From the NCBI GenBank assembly GCA_963724415.1, contig CAVRUS010000012.1, positions 66,271-130,270 on the forward strand: a stretch of 64,000 bases of DNA, given 5' to 3'. This DNA is from an uncultured Actinomycetota bacterium. Its GTDB lineage: Bacteria; Actinomycetota; UBA4738; HRBIN12. Made by a program: the position numbers and the translations under genes. Positions 59,290 to 64,000 of the stretch are shown here, in pieces (position 1 is the stretch's first letter; every line of letters starts with the position of its first letter). Below the pieces are notes generated by a model, which was not told the DNA's origin, searched no databases, and saw only the letters and a program-made list of their open reading frames with translations.

Positions 59290-59933
59290 CTTCGGATCCG
59301 GGCTGCGCCTAGCAGAGCTGCACCGCCCGGACGGAACGTCAAGGATGCCGACCGGACGTGCGAGGGAGCCACATCGGTCGGGTACGAGCGGAGCCGATCG
59401 CTCGCGCTCTCGCTGGGGACGTCGGATCGCACGATCGTGGCGCCGTCTCCGACGGCCGTGACCTCTCGCCACCCGAGCCGGTCCGCGTAGTTGCGATCCT
59501 CGAACGTGAGGTCGTGGGCGGCCGGATCGACCGCGGCCCCGAGCAGGCACCGGAGCCGAAGCGTCGACAGGCCGGCTTGCCCGACCGGCATCGAGAGCTC
59601 CGTCGAGCGCACGGACAGAGGAGTGGGCGCTCCGTCGATCCGGAGGCGCAGTCCCGTCCGGAGGTCGTCGCAGGCTGCCGTGCGGTACGCCTCGAGCTCT
59701 CGCGCGGACATGGTGCCGTCGCCATCGGGATCGAGACGGCGCTGCTCCTGCAGTGTGGGGATCTCCGCCATGTCCACGGCGTAGTCCACGAGGACCTCAT
59801 CCGGGCGGACCACGATCCCGGCCGCGGTGTTGATCGTGAAGTTGCCCAGCGGATGCGCGAGCGCGGCCGTCGCACCCGAGAGCACGCCGAGCGCAACCAG
59901 CGAGACGAGCAGGACCCGCCGTCGACCGCTCAA
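59290..59933 (-). CDS. DUF1007-like periplasmic component of the Ni/Co transporter (HPLGNF motif). Has no in-frame stop before the permease, so it is either fused or frame-shifted near 59270.
   Basis: GGGAGG RBS then TTG at 59933. Signal peptide then AHPLGNFTINTAAGIVVRPDEVLVDYAVDMAEIP. Beyond about 59290 this frame becomes Arg-rich noise, while the permease TM1 (GGLLAGFAARSDLSPGLIALMIAVAIG) appears in the next frame. Confidence 0.5.
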
Positions 59934-60160
59934 CCCGCCTCCCGCTCACCTCACGCAGCGGCCGGTCCGCCGCACCGGTCTGCATTCGCAGGGCTCGGTC
60001 CACCGGATCGGTCGTGAGACGAGAACCGAGCCGGATCGAGCCCGACTCGGGTGGACAAGGTCATCGTTGAGGTGCAAGGATTCCCGCCGACGATCATCGG
60101 GGGTGGAAGCGCTGCTCCGAGGGGTCGGAGGCCCCTCCTTGAGTGAAGGGAGGGAGTTGC

Positions 60161-61723
60161 ATGGCCGAGAAGGCCGACGACCAGATGATCTCCGAGAAGG
60201 TCGCGCCGGTCCTCGTCGCGCGCACGCTCGGACCCTTCGACCTCGTCGTGATCTTCGTCGCGATCGTGTTGTTCATCAACAACGCGGCCGGCGTGCAGTT
60301 CGCGGGGCCGTCGGTGTTCATCTTCTGGATCCTCGCGTTCGCGACGTTCCTGGTCACCGGGGCGTTCGTGACGGCCCAGCTGGGGCGGATGTTCCCCGAG
60401 GAGGGCTCGCTCTACGTTTGGACGCACAAGGTCCTCGGTCCGTTCTGGGGGTTCTTCGCCGGCTTCGTGGCGTGGTGGCCGGGCCCGATCTCGCTGGTGT
60501 TCATCGGGATCCTGTTCGCGAACTTCCTGCAGCAGGCTGCCGTGTTCATCGATCCGGATTGCGCGGCCCCGTGCCTGTTCACCAAGAACTGGCAGATCGG
60601 CGTCGTCGTCTTGCTCGTGATCTGGTTCAGCGCGCTGATGTCCTACCTGAAGATGCGCGTGACGCAGAACTACGTGAACGTGCTGTTCTGGTTCTACGCG
60701 GGCGTGATCTTCCTGATCGGGTTCGCCGGCGTGTGGTGGCTCCTGCAAGGCAACGGCGCTTCGACGGACTTCGGGACGGGCTGGAACCCATGGCACGGTG
60801 ACGAGCTGGCGCTCGGGTTGCCGGCCAACCTGACCTTCTTCTCCTTCGCGATCCTGGCGCTCCTGGGGATCGAGACGCCGCTGAACATGGGTGCCGAGGT
60901 GACCGGCGGTGAGAAGGCGATCCGCACGTTCTTGCTGTGGGGCTGCCTCATCGTGATGGCCGCCTACCTCTGGGCGACGTGGGGAAACATGGTCGTGATC
61001 GAGTTCGGCGGCGCGAACGGGACCACCGGCGGCGTCGAGACGATCGGTCTCTCGCTCGGAAGATGGTTCGGTGCCGCAGCCGGTCTCGTGATGGCATGGG
61101 TGGTGCTGACCGTCGCCGTCGTCTACAACTTCTCGTTCGGACGGCTGCTGTTCGTGTCGGGGATGGAGAAGCGGCTGCCGCACCAGATCGGCAAGGTCAA
61201 CAGGAACAAGGTGCCGGCGAACGCGATCACGCTCCAGAGCGCGATCTCGACGGTCCTCGCGATCCTCGTGTTCTTCGTCCTCGGAGGTGGCACCGCCGAT
61301 CCGTACAAGTACTTCTACATCCTCTACGCCGGCGTCACGATCGTGTGGTGCATCTCGACAGCGCTGCTGTTCCTCGACATCTTCTTCGCGAAGCGCGCCG
61401 AGCCGGAGCGGTTCGAGCGAGAGCGGCGCGTCCCCGTCGGCTGGTTGTACCTCTGCGGCGTGGTGGGGTTCGTCGTCAACATCCTCGCGGTGCTCTTCAT
61501 CTTCGTGGGCTCGTGGTATCCGGCCGGGTTCCCGACGCTCTCCGAGTGGAACGCGTGGATGATCGGCTTCACGGCCGTCTCGGTGATCTCGGGCATCGTG
61601 ATCTGGTTCGTATCGCAGTCGGCGAGGCGCGGGAAGTCCGACGAGGAGTTGATCGCCGAGGGCATCGCCGATCGCCGGATCGCCGAGGGCGGCGGGGCAC
61701 CGGCTCGGCCAGACCCGGCTTGA
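60161..61723 (+). CDS. APC-superfamily amino-acid / polyamine permease (12 TM).
   Basis: GGGAGGGAG RBS. APC-type TM pattern (FDLVVIFVAIVLFINNAAGVQFAGPS...GLPANLTFFSFAILALLGIE...). Confidence 0.75.
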   Translation: MAEKADDQMISEKVAPVLVARTLGPFDLVVIFVAIVLFINNAAGVQFAGPSVFIFWILAFATFLVTGAFVTAQLGRMFPEEGSLYVWTHKVLGPFWGFFAGFVAWWPGPISLVFIGILFANFLQQAAVFIDPDCAAPCLFTKNWQIGVVVLLVIWFSALMSYLKMRVTQNYVNVLFWFYAGVIFLIGFAGVWWLLQGNGASTDFGTGWNPWHGDELALGLPANLTFFSFAILALLGIETPLNMGAEVTGGEKAIRTFLLWGCLIVMAAYLWATWGNMVVIEFGGANGTTGGVETIGLSLGRWFGAAAGLVMAWVVLTVAVVYNFSFGRLLFVSGMEKRLPHQIGKVNRNKVPANAITLQSAISTVLAILVFFVLGGGTADPYKYFYILYAGVTIVWCISTALLFLDIFFAKRAEPERFERERRVPVGWLYLCGVVGFVVNILAVLFIFVGSWYPAGFPTLSEWNAWMIGFTAVSVISGIVIWFVSQSARRGKSDEELIAEGIADRRIAEGGGAPARPDPA

Positions 61724-61728
61724 CCTGC

Positions 61729-61762
61729 GGGGGAGGTCGCCCGCTATCGGGCGACCTCCCCC
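61729..61762 (+). terminator. Intrinsic-terminator-like hairpin, 15-bp perfect stem (gggggaggtcgcccg-ctat-cgggcgacctccccc) starting 6 nt after the APC permease stop.
   Basis: Read directly. Confidence 0.6.
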
Positions 61763-61940
61763 GGTGACTCACGTCCCGAGGCCGTGGAGGTTCCGACATG
61801 CGTCGCCGAGCATGCGCTCGCCTCCCGCAGGTCGTCGACCAGGGAGGAGCGTAGGGGAAGCGGCCCAGATGGATGATTGACCCCTCTGTCCTGCGCAGGA
61901 AGCTCAGGCGTCATCCGCGGGCGGGCGAGAGGGGAAGAGC

Positions 61941-62447
61941 ATGAGGAAGCCTGGCTGGCTCATCGGGATCGTTGCAGTGTCCGTGGTCGTGGCTTCAGCC
62001 GCGTCCGCGCTCGCGGCCGAGTCCCTGCACGCCGAGTTCAAGGAGACGTTCGGCCGAGCTTCTTCCAAGCCGTGCGAGCACTTCTTGTGCGGAACCGGGA
62101 CCGTCCAGGGGTTCGGTGCCGCTACCAGCGAGTACGACATCATCGGCTTCGAGCCGATCGAGGGCACGTCCTGCGCCGATCTCACAGCGGTCCGTGTGAT
62201 CACGCTCGTCGGCGACGGCAGCACCCTGACGTTGGACGATACGGGCGTGGTGTGCTTCCCGGGCGCCTCGAACACGACGTCCGGCTCCCTTGTCTCCTTC
62301 GGGAACCCGGGGAGGTTCGAAGGGACCTTCGAGGTGAGCGGCGGCACCGGGGTCTTCGAGGGCGCGAGCGGATCCGGGACCAGCCTGTTCCGGGCCGCGG
62401 GCGACTCCGGACACGCGTCGCTCGACGGCACGATCTCACTGCCATAG
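61941..62447 (+). CDS. Hypothetical secreted Gly/Thr-rich protein.
   Basis: GAGGGGAAG RBS. Signal peptide MRKPGWLIGIVAVSVVVASAASALA. Three Cys residues. No family recognised. Confidence 0.45.
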   Translation: MRKPGWLIGIVAVSVVVASAASALAAESLHAEFKETFGRASSKPCEHFLCGTGTVQGFGAATSEYDIIGFEPIEGTSCADLTAVRVITLVGDGSTLTLDDTGVVCFPGASNTTSGSLVSFGNPGRFEGTFEVSGGTGVFEGASGSGTSLFRAAGDSGHASLDGTISLP

Positions 62448-62487
62448 CGAGCGATCCGGGCTGGGCGCTGCGCGGTGACGCGCGGCG

Positions 62488-63664
62488 GTCAGCCACGCAG
62501 GCCGTGGAGCGCGCGGCAGGCGTCGCCGAGGACGAGCCTGCCCAGCGCGATAGCGCTCGTCGACGGAGACGTAGTCACGGTCGACGAACGCCCCCAGGAC
62601 ACGCTGGAGCGCGGATCGTGCGAGGAGCGCCGAGGCCCAGAACGCCTCCGGCTCCCCGGCCTCGTCCGATCCGTAGAGGAGCTTCGCCGCCGGGACCGTC
62701 CCGACGAGCATCTCGAGGGCCCACTCCACCTGCCCCCATCCCCACGGGATCAGCTCGGAGAGCTCCAGGTAGACGTTCGGCAGGACCGAGGCCACGTACG
62801 CGGCCTCGCGGACCCACGGGTAGCCGGAGTGCACCAGGACGATCGGTTGATCCTGCGACGTCGACGAGGAAGGGGAACATCGACACCGGGTCCGCATGCG
62901 CCAGGTTGATGTCCGGGTCGCCCGCCGCCGCAATGGAAGTGGAACGGCCGATCGTTCGCCTTCGCGACGGCGAGCGTCCGATGGATCAGGAAGTCGCGGA
63001 CCGGCTTGGCGTGCTCTCTCGTCTCGGCCCAATCGTCACTCCGCCATCGTTCGAACGCGTCCTGGGCGGCCGACGCGTCGGGATCGCCGATGTCGAGCCC
63101 GGTCCGGTACGCGACGATCGACTTGTACGCCACGCAGTTCGGGTCTGCGGCTGCCCGTTCCGCTTCGTCTTCCACTCCGGAGACGAGCTCGTCGAACGTG
63201 CCGTCCCGGTGCTGAAGGACCCAGGGCTCGAGGCGCGTCACGCGGTGCACCGTCACGCCGATCGTCGCGGCGAACTCGTTCGCGGGGATCGGCGGCTGCG
63301 GGTACCCCTCGTCGGAGAGGACGGCGACCACGCCCGCGGCCTCCATCAATCCCTTCGTGTACGCGACAGCGTCAGTCTGGATCGCTGCCTGCCGGGCGGC
63401 GGTCACGGCCTCGCGCGTGGGCTCGCAACCGAGGTGCGCCGCCAACCACCGCCGGAGGGCGAGGGCGTACACCGTGGAGTCCGTGAACGCGTCCGCCACC
63501 GGCCACAGCTCGGCGTGCATCTGGGAGGAGGACAGGAACGATTCCCCGAGGAACATCGCCCGCGTGTCGAAGCCCTCCGACCCCTTGGCTACCAGGTCCT
63601 CGAGCCGGTACGGGTGCGTATGCGCATCGACGATCTCGATGCCGGACAGATCGACGTCGGCCAT
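62488..63664 (-). CDS. Amidohydrolase_2 (PF04909-type metal-dependent hydrolase / decarboxylase), frame-shifted at least twice (near 62555 and in a GGC run near 62900).
   Basis: MADVDLSGIEIVDAHTHP...RPFHFHCGGG in one frame; QPIVLVHSGYPWVREAAYVASVLPNVYLELSELIP in a second; C-terminus AIALGRLVLGDACRALHGLRG* in a third. ATG overlaps the stop of the upstream GS-like gene (ATGA). Confidence 0.65.
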
Positions 63665-64000
63665 CAATACCTCCACCGATGCGCGCGCACGACATCCTCC
63701 GGCTCCTGGCCCTCGAAGACGTCGCGTTCGGCGCGCCTGGTCGCGAGGAACGAGTCGAACAGCACGTCGCCCATCGCTTCGCGGAGCATCGAAGACTTCT
63801 CGAGCTCGCCGATCGCGGCGCCGAGTGAGTCGGGCAGCTGGCGGATCCCCATCGAGCGGCGACGGCGAGCGGGGATCGAGGCGGGATCCTCGCCGACGGG
63901 CTCGGGGAGCGACAGCTCGCGGTCGAGCCCGTCGATCCCGGCGGCGACGATCGCGCCGAGGGCAAGATATGGGTTCGCGGCCGGGTCCATGGACTTGACC
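63664..64000 (-). CDS. Glutamine-synthetase-family protein, C-terminal part only (5' end beyond window). Possibly a gamma-glutamyl-amine ligase (GlnA-like paralog).
   Basis: NPYLALGAIVAAGIDGLDRELSLPEPVGEDPASIP...GIRQLPDSLGAAIGELEKSSMLREAMGDVLFDSFLATRRAERDVFEGQ matches the GS catalytic-domain C-terminus. Confidence 0.7.
   Translation of the reverse strand, partial: VKSMDPAANPYLALGAIVAAGIDGLDRELSLPEPVGEDPASIPARRRRSMGIRQLPDSLGAAIGELEKSSMLREAMGDVLFDSFLATRRAERDVFEGQEPEDVVRAHRWRY

Noticed and set aside
60161-62447. Somewhat lower GC of the APC permease and the following secreted-protein gene, considered as a horizontally acquired islet.
   Set aside because: The GC drop is explained by Phe/Ile/Leu-rich TM codons. 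There are no flanking repeats, tRNA, integrase or other mobility signatures.
1-64000. Search for CRISPR arrays, tRNA/rRNA genes, transposases, integrases and toxin-antitoxin pairs.
   Set aside because: No spacer-interleaved repeats (the only tandem repeats are 2-3 contiguous copies). No cloverleaf-like conserved tRNA motifs in intergenic regions. No DDE, tyrosine or serine recombinase, or typical TA signatures were seen in any frame.

Overview
This 64-kb window has very high GC (roughly 70%) and is densely coding on both strands, with codon usage and protein families typical of Actinomycetota (MptA/MptB-like GT-C, PepSY, DUF6328, SigB/RsbW modules, mycobacterial-type cyclase-ATPase-TPR). It looks like chromosomal housekeeping and stress-response DNA. 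I found no rRNA, tRNA, CRISPR array, transposase, integrase or phage genes. It contains, in order: a SulP-STAS-cNMP transporter (5' partial), a HAD hydrolase, an aldo/keto reductase, a thiamine-diphosphate-dependent enzyme, and an ECF sigma / zinc-finger anti-sigma / M15 peptidase operon preceded by a beta-propeller lipoprotein. These are followed by an OmpR/histidine-kinase/PepSY two-component system, a membrane-anchored Mo-oxidoreductase, a secreted EEP nuclease/phosphatase, a VWA protein, and a heme-oxygenase-like diiron enzyme with a GT2 pair. A large SigB-type partner-switching stress island spans about 26-38.5 kb. It holds one STAS protein, two kinase-dead and two kinase-competent RsbW paralogs, a GAF-PP2C phosphatase, CsbD, small basic proteins, and an adenylate cyclase-ATPase-TPR protein. 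Downstream are a heterotetrameric sarcosine oxidase operon (soxDAGB), ybaK, adenosine deaminase, dinB plus a 5'-3' exonuclease, inositol monophosphatase, a GT-C mannosyltransferase-like locus, tldD/pmbA, a NicO-type Ni/Co transporter, an APC permease, and an amidohydrolase coupled to a glutamine-synthetase-like gene (3' partial). At least 10 otherwise well-conserved genes are broken by one or more single-base frame switches (about one every 4-5 kb). The many 300-800-aa antisense ORFs in the track are GC-driven artefacts. I did not find a canonical defence or mobile system. The most unusual content is the architecture of the partner-switching network, two tandem direct repeats placed just upstream of ribosome-binding sites, and the diiron-oxidase/glycosyltransferase cassette.
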